Translations under genes and position numbers: made by a program | From: a virus | Lineage: Duplodnaviria > Caudoviricetes | IMG/VR virus record: IMGVR_UViG_3300012940_000014 | Span: 1 to 42,549 of that record | Direction: 5' to 3' (one strand) | Length of the DNA stretch: 42,549 nucleotides | The notes under the pieces: model-generated | The model's input: only the letters and a program-made list of their open reading frames with translations | What the model was told of the DNA's origin: nothing | Database searches by the model: none | Part shown: positions 15,823 to 23,796 of the stretch, piece after piece | Layout: every line of letters starts with the position of its first letter | Numbering within the stretch: the first letter of the stretch is position 1

Positions 15823-16052
15823 CCCGCGTCATCGACACCACCGCCATCATCACCGCGTGGGACGGCCTGCACGGCATCGTTCAGCCGCTGGATGGCGCGC
15901 CCGACGCTACCATCGACGACATCACCGTGCGTGCTGGCGGCTGGTCGGTTGAGGCTCTGAGCGTTGGCGTTCCGCTGGAATGCCGCATCCTCCGGCACAG
16001 CAACGGCACCAACCGCGTCATCTCAGTTTTCAGTATCGGGGTAGCGTCATGA
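15819..16052 (+). CDS. Degenerate cold-shock-domain-like protein
   Basis: AW..LHGIVQPLDGAPD.....V...G...L..G..L.C.I spacing resembles a CSD/OB fold. Confidence 0.55.
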   Translation: MTRVIDTTAIITAWDGLHGIVQPLDGAPDATIDDITVRAGGWSVEALSVGVPLECRILRHSNGTNRVISVFSIGVAS

Positions 16053-16053
16053 A

Positions 16054-16261
16054 GCCCCGCCACGAGCTTCGGAGCGTATCCGGGGGCGCCGATGGAGCCG
16101 ACCATAGCCCCGGCGCAGACACGAGCCAGGGGCCCTGGTTGTCAGGTGTAGGGCGTAGACGAAACAGGGGACCGCTGAGCGGTTCTGTCATGCTGGGCAG
16201 TGCCCACGCGTTTGTTTGGATACAGGTACTGAGGGCTGGGAGGGCTTCGGCTCTCTCAGCC
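16054..16261 (+). ncRNA. Candidate structured RNA with two cUUCGg loops
   Basis: 12-bp stem with a UUCG loop at 16234-16261, further hairpins at 16062-77, 16080-113, 16118-143 and 16164-188. Confidence 0.45.
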
Positions 16262-16272
16262 TGGGCCACCCC

Positions 16273-16479
16273 ATGACGATGCCGTGCCCCGCCTGCAGCG
16301 CCGATAGCCGCGTAATCAATTCGCGCCCGAAGCGCGGGCTGATCTGGCGGGTGCGCGAATGCAAATCCTGCGGCGCGCGGTGGGAGACATACGAGGGGAT
16401 GAGCGCTACGGCGTTCCCGACAAACCGGCCAGCAGCCCGCTACCTCACGCGGTTACCGACTGAGAAGGAGACCGATTGA
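16273..16479 (+). CDS. NrdR-like zinc-ribbon protein
   Basis: CPAC...SRVINSR....IWRVRECKSCGARWETYE; no ATP cone. Confidence 0.8.
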   Translation: MTMPCPACSADSRVINSRPKRGLIWRVRECKSCGARWETYEGMSATAFPTNRPAARYLTRLPTEKETD

Positions 16480-16640
16480 TGCCGACGATTCTCAACGTCA
16501 TTCGCACGGTGCTGGGCAAGGGGGTGGTGACATCCTCCAGTGCTGCGCAGGCCGTAGTGGACGGTGCAGCAGCAGCCACGCAGCAGCAGCCGGTGGCCGT
16601 CGCCTCGACCACGGACAAGCCGGAGGGCCAGCAGTCGTGA
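16479..16640 (+). CDS. Small hypothetical protein (53 aa)
   Basis: Manual ORF MPTILNVIRTVLGKG...; AAGGAG SD; overlaps at both ends. Confidence 0.65.
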   Translation: MPTILNVIRTVLGKGVVTSSSAAQAVVDGAAAATQQQPVAVASTTDKPEGQQS

Positions 16641-17131
16641 GCGGAGCACCTGCGTATTGGACCAAGGATGTCGGCCGTCTCATTCACTATGCCGACCGCC
16701 GTCTTGAAGTTGTTCGCGCGCCAGATAAGCAGGTGATTGGCTCGAAGCCATCCGGATTATGGGTATCAGTGGCTGGCCCGGATGATTGGTCGTCATGGTG
16801 TCAGAGCGAGGGCTTCCGGCTGAGCCGCCTCGCGTACGCTGCCGAGATTGAGCCAGTTGGCGGCGCCCGCATTCTTCACCTTCGCGGCCCGTCGTGGATT
16901 GATCACTTCCACAATGCCTACGCCGTCAGCGAGCCGAGATTGCTGCGTGGGCTCACTATCGATTGGCCAACCGTCTCCAGAAAGTACGACGGCATCGTTA
17001 TCGCGCCCTACGTCTGGAGCCGTCGTCTAGATGGAGACGCGCGGTGGTATTACGGCTGGGACTGCGCCTCAGGCTGCATCTGGAACCCGAATGCTATTGC
17101 CATCGCCCGTCAACTGGAGGTGGCCGCATGA
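16637..17131 (+). CDS. Conserved viral protein, possible ADP-ribosyltransferase-like fold
   Basis: LIHY...KPSGLWVS...YDGIVI...GWDCASGCIWNP. Confidence 0.7.
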   Translation: MSGAPAYWTKDVGRLIHYADRRLEVVRAPDKQVIGSKPSGLWVSVAGPDDWSSWCQSEGFRLSRLAYAAEIEPVGGARILHLRGPSWIDHFHNAYAVSEPRLLRGLTIDWPTVSRKYDGIVIAPYVWSRRLDGDARWYYGWDCASGCIWNPNAIAIARQLEVAA

Positions 17132-17313
17132 CGAAGAACAAGCTTACCAGAGCCGAGCGCATCCTGGGGCTCATCGTGGCCGCCGTCATCGGCCTGAGCG
17201 CCGTCGCTGCCGTTGCAATGCCCATGCTGCGCGATGTTGAGGAGCCGGGCATCTGGCACTGGTGCGAGCACAGGGCGGGCGCGAAGTATCTTGTGTGTGG
17301 AGAGCGAGATTGA
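17128..17313 (+). CDS. Small membrane protein
   Basis: ILGLIVAAVIGLSAVAAVAM TM segment and a Cys pair. Confidence 0.65.
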   Translation: MTKNKLTRAERILGLIVAAVIGLSAVAAVAMPMLRDVEEPGIWHWCEHRAGAKYLVCGERD

Positions 17314-17900
17314 CCCAGGCATTCCCCCTGCAATGGCCTGATGGCTGGCCGCGCACCGCTGATGCAGCCAGAAAGAGCCGGTCGCCCTTCTATGTGAGCC
17401 CCGACAAGGCCCGCAAAGACCTGCTGCACGAGCTGCGGCTGCTGAAGGCCGGGAACGTGGTGCTGTCGACCAATATCCCCATCCGTCAGGACGGTCACCC
17501 ATTTGCCGCCAAGCGGATTATCAGCGACCCCGGCGTTGCCGTCTACTTCACCCTCAACGGCCGCCAGCTCGCCATGGCCCGAGATGTGTTCATGCGCATC
17601 GAGGACAACATGCGCTCGTTGACGTTGGCCATTGCAGGCATCCGGGCGATCGAGCGGCACGGCGGCCAATACATGATGGAGATGGCATTTTCCGGCTTCA
17701 TGGCGCTGCCATCGCCGCGCTCATGCTGGGACGTTCTGGGGCTTGATCCGCGCCCGAACCAGCCATGGTCGGAAGAGGCCATAAACAACGCCTATCGCAG
17801 TCGGGCTAAGGATTGCCACCCAGATATGGGTGGCTCGACGTCGGCCATGGCAGAGCTCAGCCAGGCACGGGATGAGGCGCTGAAGGCGGCCGGCGCATGA
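17310..17900 (+). CDS. Phage protein with C-terminal DnaJ-type J domain
   Basis: PLQWPDGWPRT, DPGVAVYF, WDVLG...AYR..AK..HPD.GG; TTG start. Confidence 0.88.
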   Translation: MTQAFPLQWPDGWPRTADAARKSRSPFYVSPDKARKDLLHELRLLKAGNVVLSTNIPIRQDGHPFAAKRIISDPGVAVYFTLNGRQLAMARDVFMRIEDNMRSLTLAIAGIRAIERHGGQYMMEMAFSGFMALPSPRSCWDVLGLDPRPNQPWSEEAINNAYRSRAKDCHPDMGGSTSAMAELSQARDEALKAAGA

Positions 17901-18202
17901 GGGGAAAGGTTGAGCTGCGCTGGCCCAATTGGATGGGGCGCGAGATGGTGGCCATGTACACAGACATGGCGCCTGGAGCCATCGATCAGCTTGTCAAGCG
18001 GGGTTTGTTTCCAAGGCCACACCTGATGGGAGAAGCGAAACGCTGGTCCCGCGAGGAGGTGGACTCGGCTATGAACGGAGACCAGAGTGACCCCGTTGCC
18101 ACCCCCCAACATGAAGACCCCTACGACGCAGGGGCCGACCGTGCCGCGCAAATCTTCAATCCAGGTGGAGCTTCCGCCCCACGTTCATTGCGTTCGAGTT
18201 AA
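17897..18202 (+). CDS. xis: Excisionase (AlpA-like HTH)
   Basis: VKRGLFPRP...KRWSREEVD; directly upstream of the integrase. Confidence 0.75.
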   Translation: MRGKVELRWPNWMGREMVAMYTDMAPGAIDQLVKRGLFPRPHLMGEAKRWSREEVDSAMNGDQSDPVATPQHEDPYDAGADRAAQIFNPGGASAPRSLRSS

Positions 18203-19223
18203 GGGGCGACCCTACTACTACTACCAGCCGGGCCGGAATACGAAGGGTGCAGCCAAGGCAGCGCGCCTGCCTGATGATCCACGCAAGCCTGAGTGGTGGG
18301 AGGCCTATCGAGCCCTCTCCGGCGATGCCCAGCCGCGCAAGAGCGCCAACGCCGTCGGCGAGCTGATCAAGGCATACAAGAAAAGCCCGGAGTGGCTGCA
18401 ACTCAAGCCGTCGACGAAAGAGGGCTGGGGCATCTATCTGGCGCGCATAGATGCGGCCTGGGGAGCGCTGGAGGTGCGCGGACTGGAGCCGCGCCACGTG
18501 CTGCGGTTCCGGGACAAGTGGGCCGACAAGCCTGCTACGGCCAACGCCACAATGCGCTGCCTCTCCTCGCTTCTGTCCTGGTCGGTCCCGCGCGGATGGC
18601 GCACCGACAACCCATGCCGGGAGATTCGGCCCCTGAAGGGCGGAGATGGCTACTCGCCATGGCCCGATGACATGCTGACCCTGGCGGAAAAGGAGATGCG
18701 CACGGATCTATGGTGGTCCGCTGCACTGGCTCTCTACTCCGGCCAGCGTGAGGCCGACTGCATCAAGATGACCTGGGCAGACATCAAAGATGGCGTGATG
18801 CACGTCGTTCAAGGGAAGACGGGGAAGAAGGTGTGGGTGCCGGTCCATGTGGCTCTGAAGCCCATCCTGGAGCAGATACCGCGCCGGGCCACGACGGTGC
18901 TAACCAATAGTGATGGGAAGCCGTGGACGCCATCAGGGTTCAAGTCCGCCTGGCGGAAGGATCGGCCGAAGGTACTGGTTGAGGGGGGATACGTCTTCCA
19001 CGGGCTACGCAAGAGCGCGGTGGTGAGACTTCTGGAGGCGGGATGCACGACGGCGGAGGTGCAAGCAATCACCGGTCAGTCGATTGAGATGGTTGAGCAC
19101 TACGCCAAGGAGGTCAACCAGCGTAAGCTCGCCAAGAGCGGGATGGCCAAGTGGGAGAACGCCTCGGCAACCGCTATTGTAAAACCGCTTGTAAAACCGG
19201 ATTCCGGTTCAGCGGCTAAGTGA
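18141..19223 (+). CDS. int: Tyrosine integrase
   Basis: SGQR, K, HGLRK and EHY catalytic motifs; N-terminal RPYYYY arm-binding-type segment. Confidence 0.95.
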   Translation: MPRKSSIQVELPPHVHCVRVKGRPYYYYQPGRNTKGAAKAARLPDDPRKPEWWEAYRALSGDAQPRKSANAVGELIKAYKKSPEWLQLKPSTKEGWGIYLARIDAAWGALEVRGLEPRHVLRFRDKWADKPATANATMRCLSSLLSWSVPRGWRTDNPCREIRPLKGGDGYSPWPDDMLTLAEKEMRTDLWWSAALALYSGQREADCIKMTWADIKDGVMHVVQGKTGKKVWVPVHVALKPILEQIPRRATTVLTNSDGKPWTPSGFKSAWRKDRPKVLVEGGYVFHGLRKSAVVRLLEAGCTTAEVQAITGQSIEMVEHYAKEVNQRKLAKSGMAKWENASATAIVKPLVKPDSGSAAK

Positions 19224-19268
19224 TGGTCGGAGCGGGGAGATTCGAACTCCCGACCCCTTGCTCCCGAA
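19224..19268 (-). mobile_element. attP: attP core: 3' half of tRNA-Pro(CGG)
   Basis: Minus strand TTCGGGA-GCAAG-GGGTC-GGGAG-TTCGAAT-CTCCC-CGCTCCG-ACCA, i.e. anticodon loop to CCA; no 5' half. Confidence 0.9.
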
Positions 19269-19329
19269 ATATGGATGAATCGCCTAAGGCGTTGGTGCGC
19301 AATAAACTTGGATTTCCAAGTCGGTGCAG

Positions 19330-19356
19330 GAGGGGCCTCAGTTTGCTTGGCCCCTC
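19330..19356. terminator. Hairpin between the convergent int and spanin genes
   Basis: GAGGGGCC-11nt-GGCCCCTC; no clear U tract. Confidence 0.4.
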
Positions 19357-19375
19357 ACCTTCAATTGTAAAACTG

Positions 19376-19762
19376 TCAGGGACTGATGTCTGGCCGCTTC
19401 CTGGGTGCCGGCTGCGACGCTGGCGGCGGTGCCCCGCGCGCCTCGGCCGCCTGCAGGCCCTCGTACCAGCGCAGCATGTTCTCGCCGCATAGCTGCTTCT
19501 TGGCCCCCCAGGCCTTGAGGCCAAGCACCTTCTCGTCAGCGCTTGCCTTCTTGGGCTCCGGCAAAGGCTCCCGGAAACAGTTTCTGTAGGTAGGAGGTGG
19601 GGGCGGCAGGGGTTGCCTTTCGGCCGGGCTCAGGTACGCGACCAGGCTCTTTGGTTCCCCCGAGGCTCCGGAGCACGCTGTCAGAAAGGCAGCGCTCATC
19701 GCCACCGCTAGCGCCCTCGCGCACGCGCTCCAGCTCGTCCTGCATTTCAGTGATCTGGTCAT
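19376..19762 (-). CDS. o-spanin (Rz1-like lipoprotein)
   Basis: FLTAC lipobox, Pro-rich stretch, overlaps the Rz-like gene. Confidence 0.75.
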   Translation of the reverse strand: MTRSLKCRTSWSACARALAVAMSAAFLTACSGASGEPKSLVAYLSPAERQPLPPPPPTYRNCFREPLPEPKKASADEKVLGLKAWGAKKQLCGENMLRWYEGLQAAEARGAPPPASQPAPRKRPDISP

Positions 19763-20030
19763 GCAACTCTCCCGTTACCCTGCGTTCCGTTTCCAGTAGT
19801 GCCCGTGCCGACTGCACCTCGCCCTGGAGGCCAGCGACGGCTTCCTGGCGGATGCGTGCCTCCCAACGGGCGTCGCACTGCCGCTCGCCCCGCTCTACGA
19901 GGTTGCCCTTCCAGTTCTCGATGGTGAGGTGCGCGCCGGTGATCGCGAGCGCGCCGCCGACAGCGAGCGCGACATATCTCATCAGCGGCCCGGAGAAGGC
20001 GCCGAGGAGGCCGGCCAGAATGCCCATCAT
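19536..20030 (-). CDS. i-spanin (Rz-like)
   Basis: N-terminal TM then coiled coil; follows the endolysin. Confidence 0.78.
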   Translation of the reverse strand: MMGILAGLLGAFSGPLMRYVALAVGGALAITGAHLTIENWKGNLVERGERQCDARWEARIRQEAVAGLQGEVQSARALLETERRVTGELHDQITEMQDELERVREGASGGDERCLSDSVLRSLGGTKEPGRVPEPGRKATPAAPTSYLQKLFPGAFAGAQEGKR

Positions 20031-20031
20031 G

Positions 20032-21273
20032 TTAGATGCGGATGCCCTTGACGTAGGCCTGCACGCGCGCGGCGATAACCTTCCCGCGCGATCGCCACAC
20101 GGCCACGCCGCCGATGATGGCGATGGCCCAGAAGAAGTTCTTGAAGCCCCAGTTGATGGCGATGATCACGGGCTCGAGCAACCCGGTCCACTTGGGCAGC
20201 CAGCCGAGTGACTGCGAGGCGCCGTCGAAGAAGCCTGCATCAGCCGCCTGCCGCGCACCCTCTACCGCGCCGCCTGCCGTGACGGCCGTGCCAACCCACT
20301 GCCCCTCGTTCGCGGCGGCAATCGTCGTCGATTCCGGCAGGTCGGCCTTGGTGGCGTTCTCGCGCCCCGCGTACACGACTGCCTCGCCCGTGTTGAGTGC
20401 GGCCCAGGTGAGCGGCCCCACCACCTCGTCCGGCTCCAGCGTCTCGCCCGTGCGCTTCTTGTGATCGAGCTTGAACGCTGCGACCGCGCGCGCCAGCGCC
20501 TTGCCGAATACCTTGTCGACGTTGCCGGTGGGGTAGTTCAGCTCTTTGAGGCGCCGTTGCAGAACCTCAACCTCACTGCCGTATGCCCCGAGCGCCAGGC
20601 CCTCGCTGTAGACCTTCTCCCCGTCGCCGAAGATGGCAACGGCGCGCTCTTTCCAGCGCTGGCGGTCAGCAGCGCCGATGGGCTCCAATGACGAGAAGGG
20701 ATTGCCGCGGTTGATGGCGTTGCCGATGGCGCGCGTGTAGCCGTGATCCGCGAAGTCGTTGCAGCCGCGCTTCGTCCAGTACCAGACGGCGACCCGCAAC
20801 CCGACTTCCGCGCGCTCGATCAAATCGGGTCGGCTTTCGAGGGGAAGCCCGAGCGCTGCGCCTGCCTCACGGTATGCCGCGCGGCCGGTGAGCTGGCAGA
20901 ATGAGCCGCCGCGGAAGTCATAGCCGTCGTTGCCGCCCTGGTTGCCCAGATCGGCGCGCGCGGAATAGGCGAGGTTGGCGAGCTTCACCGGGTCACGGCC
21001 GGCTGCGATGATGCGCGGATCCAGCTTAGTCTTGAAGCGCGACGGCCAGATGCGGCACATCTGGTCGGGCGTCCACGTCGTTTTCTCGCGCACGATGGTG
21101 AAGCCGCCCGTCTCGTGCGCATGCTGGGCGAGGAATTCGCACACGCGCGCCGAGGTGTTGATGCCCGCGCGCTCCAGCTCGTGCCAGCCCATCGCGAGGG
21201 CGGTGATGTAGTCGCTGTTGGCGCTGGGCGCGAACTGCCGCAGCTCCTCCTCTGTCAGTGCCTCCATGCTCAT
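20032..21273 (-). CDS. Endolysin: GH19 domain, peptidoglycan-binding domain, C-terminal TM
   Basis: FLAQHAHETGG, FRG..FCQLTGR..Y, V..LQRRL..L.Y..G.VD..FG, hydrophobic FFWAIAIIGGVAVW. Confidence 0.9.
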   Translation of the reverse strand: MSMEALTEEELRQFAPSANSDYITALAMGWHELERAGINTSARVCEFLAQHAHETGGFTIVREKTTWTPDQMCRIWPSRFKTKLDPRIIAAGRDPVKLANLAYSARADLGNQGGNDGYDFRGGSFCQLTGRAAYREAGAALGLPLESRPDLIERAEVGLRVAVWYWTKRGCNDFADHGYTRAIGNAINRGNPFSSLEPIGAADRQRWKERAVAIFGDGEKVYSEGLALGAYGSEVEVLQRRLKELNYPTGNVDKVFGKALARAVAAFKLDHKKRTGETLEPDEVVGPLTWAALNTGEAVVYAGRENATKADLPESTTIAAANEGQWVGTAVTAGGAVEGARQAADAGFFDGASQSLGWLPKWTGLLEPVIIAINWGFKNFFWAIAIIGGVAVWRSRGKVIAARVQAYVKGIRI

Positions 21274-21276
21274 CCC

Positions 21277-21864
21277 CTAGAACTCCGCCATCACATCGCG
21301 CTCGGTCTTCCGGCGCGCCTCGACAATCTGCTGGGCCAGCGCTTCCACGCTCACGTCGCGCCGCGCGGCCGCCTCCGCCATCATCGCCTTGGCATGTGCG
21401 GAGCCGTTGAGGGCCTGGAGCGCGACCTGATAGCGAATCTCGGCTTTGCCCCACTCGTCCGGTGTCACGGCAATCGGGCGCGGCGCCTCGTCCGCCATTT
21501 CCTCATCGACGCGCGCGGTAAGGCTCTTAACCCAGCCTGACGACGCCTCGGACGGCGGCGCGGGCGGCGGCTCCTCCACTGTGACCGGTGCGGCCTGCGC
21601 CTCATCCATGAGGCTGCGCAGCCCTTCCACGGCGAGGCGGCCGGCGTTCTGCACCGCCTCGATAGCGTCCGTCTCCGCCCTCTCGATCGCGGCCAGCTTG
21701 TCTGCGATGTCGATGGTGGGCACTGTCGGCGTCTGCACCTCGAAACCGGCGGCGGTGCTGAGCTGGGCCAGCGCCTGCTCGATGCGATCGAAGCGCCGGC
21801 ATGTTGCCGGGTCCAGCGTCGGGTCGTGCTCGTGATCGTGCGTGGTTGTTTCGTCCGCTGCCAT
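21277..21864 (-). CDS. Hypothetical protein, possible tail-fibre assembly factor
   Basis: ATG 21864; AEAAARRDVSVEALAQQIV pattern; follows the tail gene. Confidence 0.65.
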   Translation of the reverse strand: MAADETTTHDHEHDPTLDPATCRRFDRIEQALAQLSTAAGFEVQTPTVPTIDIADKLAAIERAETDAIEAVQNAGRLAVEGLRSLMDEAQAAPVTVEEPPPAPPSEASSGWVKSLTARVDEEMADEAPRPIAVTPDEWGKAEIRYQVALQALNGSAHAKAMMAEAAARRDVSVEALAQQIVEARRKTERDVMAEF

Positions 21865-21866
21865 TG

Positions 21867-22865
21867 TCAGCCCCGCCGAATGATGACGCGCGTGTAGATC
21901 TCGTTGGCGCCGTAGTCGCTGTAGCGCCGCCCGACGCCGCCCTGGTTCTGCACCGAGAACGTCGACGCCTCTGTGATGGCGACGCGCGCGCAGCCATCCG
22001 AGTAAGTCATGGTGTTGCCGGTGCCGCCGCCCCACCGCCCGGCCGTGCCATAGGCGGCCACAGCGCCAGCCGTGCCGTTGTAAAGGCGGGTGCGGCCACC
22101 GCCGTAGTTCGCGCTGCGCCAGCCAATCTCGTAGGCGCCCGCCTCGCTGATGGTGAACTGGTTGGATGAGAGCGAGAGGATACCGCGGCGGTCGTACACC
22201 TCTGTATTGAGCAGCCGCGCCGCCCAGTTGATGGCCTCTGGCTCGTCGGTCCCCGATGACGTCTGGCCTTCCAGGATGCCCAGGAGGGCGCCCACCGCCT
22301 CGTCAGGGGCGCGCAGGATGCGCTCCAGCCCGGCGCTGTCCTTGTAGGCCAGGAGCGTCGCCCCGCTCACATCCTTGGCGTAGAGGCGCGCCGTGTCCGC
22401 CACCGGGTTGGAGGGCGTGTCCTCTGACAGGTCCAGGTACATGTTGGCGATGACGGCTGCCGGCGCCGTCGTCATGAACCAATAATCCAACGCCGTCTTG
22501 AACATCACCGAGACCGGCTGGCCCGAGATGATGTCGCCTGCCGCCAGAGGTTGGCCGTTGAAGCGGCGCAGGTCCTTCGCACCCAATCCATTGAGGTCGA
22601 GCGTGGCAGCGCCACTGATGGAGTGGTTGGCGGTGAACGTCAGCAGCGTGTTGTTGACGAGGGCCGCAATGGTGCGGTTTGAGGTGACGGCAAACGCGTT
22701 GCCGGAGCCGGATGCCGTGAGTGACCCGTTGATGTCGCGGAACCACCGGGCGACCATCCCCTCATCGGCGCGGCCGGCATCGTTGACCGCGCTGTAGACC
22801 ATGTTTTCCGGCCAGCGGCCGGTGTTGTTGGCGTCTACGGGGTCTAAATCCTGGATCTCAACGAT
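21867..22865 (-). CDS. Tail fibre/spike-anchor protein with an apparent ATC start
   Basis: The frame extends upstream of ATG 22802 as (I/M)VEIQDLDPVDANNTGRWPENMVYSAVND; AAGGAGG lies 8 nt before ATC 22865; ATLDLNGLGAK motif. Confidence 0.8.
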   Translation of the reverse strand: MVEIQDLDPVDANNTGRWPENMVYSAVNDAGRADEGMVARWFRDINGSLTASGSGNAFAVTSNRTIAALVNNTLLTFTANHSISGAATLDLNGLGAKDLRRFNGQPLAAGDIISGQPVSVMFKTALDYWFMTTAPAAVIANMYLDLSEDTPSNPVADTARLYAKDVSGATLLAYKDSAGLERILRAPDEAVGALLGILEGQTSSGTDEPEAINWAARLLNTEVYDRRGILSLSSNQFTISEAGAYEIGWRSANYGGGRTRLYNGTAGAVAAYGTAGRWGGGTGNTMTYSDGCARVAITEASTFSVQNQGGVGRRYSDYGANEIYTRVIIRRG

Positions 22866-22867
22866 AG

Positions 22868-23365
22868 CTAGGCCCTCCTTGCGAACTCGCCGAATGCGCG
22901 CTCCGCGGCCGCCATGTAGGCCGCTTGTGCATCAGCGATGTTTTCGAAATGACCGAGGTGACGGCTGCGCCGGTCTACCGTGATCCGCGCTCGCCATTTC
23001 TGCTGTTGGCGGCACCAGTAGACGCCCTTGGCGCCGCTCGTGTTCGTTCGCCACCGCCTGGAATTGGCAATATTCTGGCTGCGGGACGCGAGACGAAGGT
23101 TCTCTATGCGATTGTCGCTCGGCACCCCGTTAACGTGGTCTAGCTCCACGGCCGGGGCGGCTCCGTAGACGTACTGCCAAGCCAGCCGATGGGCTCGAAG
23201 CAGCACCTTCTCGACGCGTATCAAAATGTATCCGTCTCGATCCTTGCTGCCGGCCACTTGGCCTGCCGCGCACCTGCTCCCGCTGCTTGCTCGCCACCGG
23301 AAGAGGCCTGTGTCCGCCTCGTAGATCAGTGCATCTCTAAGTCTTTTTGTGCTGATCTCAGCCAA
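22868..23365 (-). CDS. HNH homing endonuclease with C-terminal AP2 domain
   Basis: AHRLAW, LDHVNG...DNRIENLR, NTSGAKGV, W.ARI...HLG.F...A..AY. Confidence 0.93.
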   Translation of the reverse strand: MAEISTKRLRDALIYEADTGLFRWRASSGSRCAAGQVAGSKDRDGYILIRVEKVLLRAHRLAWQYVYGAAPAVELDHVNGVPSDNRIENLRLASRSQNIANSRRWRTNTSGAKGVYWCRQQQKWRARITVDRRSRHLGHFENIADAQAAYMAAAERAFGEFARRA

Positions 23366-23439
23366 GGCGTTCTAACTCCGTTCACTTGATGGGTTCTCGC
23401 CCACCCGCTACGGTTGCGGGATGGTGGTGAGGTGGTGTG

Positions 23440-23796
23440 ATGCGTGTTTTGTGGATATTTCCGTGCGTCATTGCTCTGGCTGGCTGCGCGAACCCCTATG
23501 CGAAGGCGCGCGAAGCTCGCTTGCAGGCAGCCCACTACGAGGCGCTTACGGTCTGCGACCAGGCCGGGCAGACGGATGAGTGGAAGTCCAACTGCTACAA
23601 GGCTGTGACGACCCGCCGGGAGGTCGAGTATCAGACCGCCATGGCGCAGCAGCAGGCGCAGACCTCGAATGCGCTGCTGATTGCTGGGGCCAACGGGCTC
23701 ATCAACCCGCAAGTGCCGCAGGTTCAACCCATCCAGCAGCCGACGCATTGCAGTACGCGCCGGATAGCGGGTAGCTTAGAGACGAGGTGCCAATGA
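23440..23796 (+). CDS. Lipoprotein moron (opposite strand)
   Basis: IALAGC lipobox; GAGG SD. Confidence 0.75.
   Translation: MRVLWIFPCVIALAGCANPYAKAREARLQAAHYEALTVCDQAGQTDEWKSNCYKAVTTRREVEYQTAMAQQQAQTSNALLIAGANGLINPQVPQVQPIQQPTHCSTRRIAGSLETRCQ

Larger units (their letters stand above)
19177..19375 (+). repeat. Integrase arm-type site candidates flanking the att core
   Basis: TTGTAAAACCG at 19177 and 19189; TTGTAAAACTG at 19365. Confidence 0.7.

Noticed and set aside
16155-16185. Hammerhead ribozyme (CGAAAC and CUGA present)
   Set aside because: The CUGANGA core is incomplete and the required helices cannot be assembled.
19224-19268. Functional tRNA gene
   Set aside because: Only the anticodon loop to CCA is present; there is no D arm or 5' acceptor strand.
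22854-23360. Group I intron or intein carrying the HNH
   Set aside because: The 500-bp insert is almost entirely HNH coding sequence with its own stop, leaving no room for a ribozyme core, and no splicing motifs are visible.
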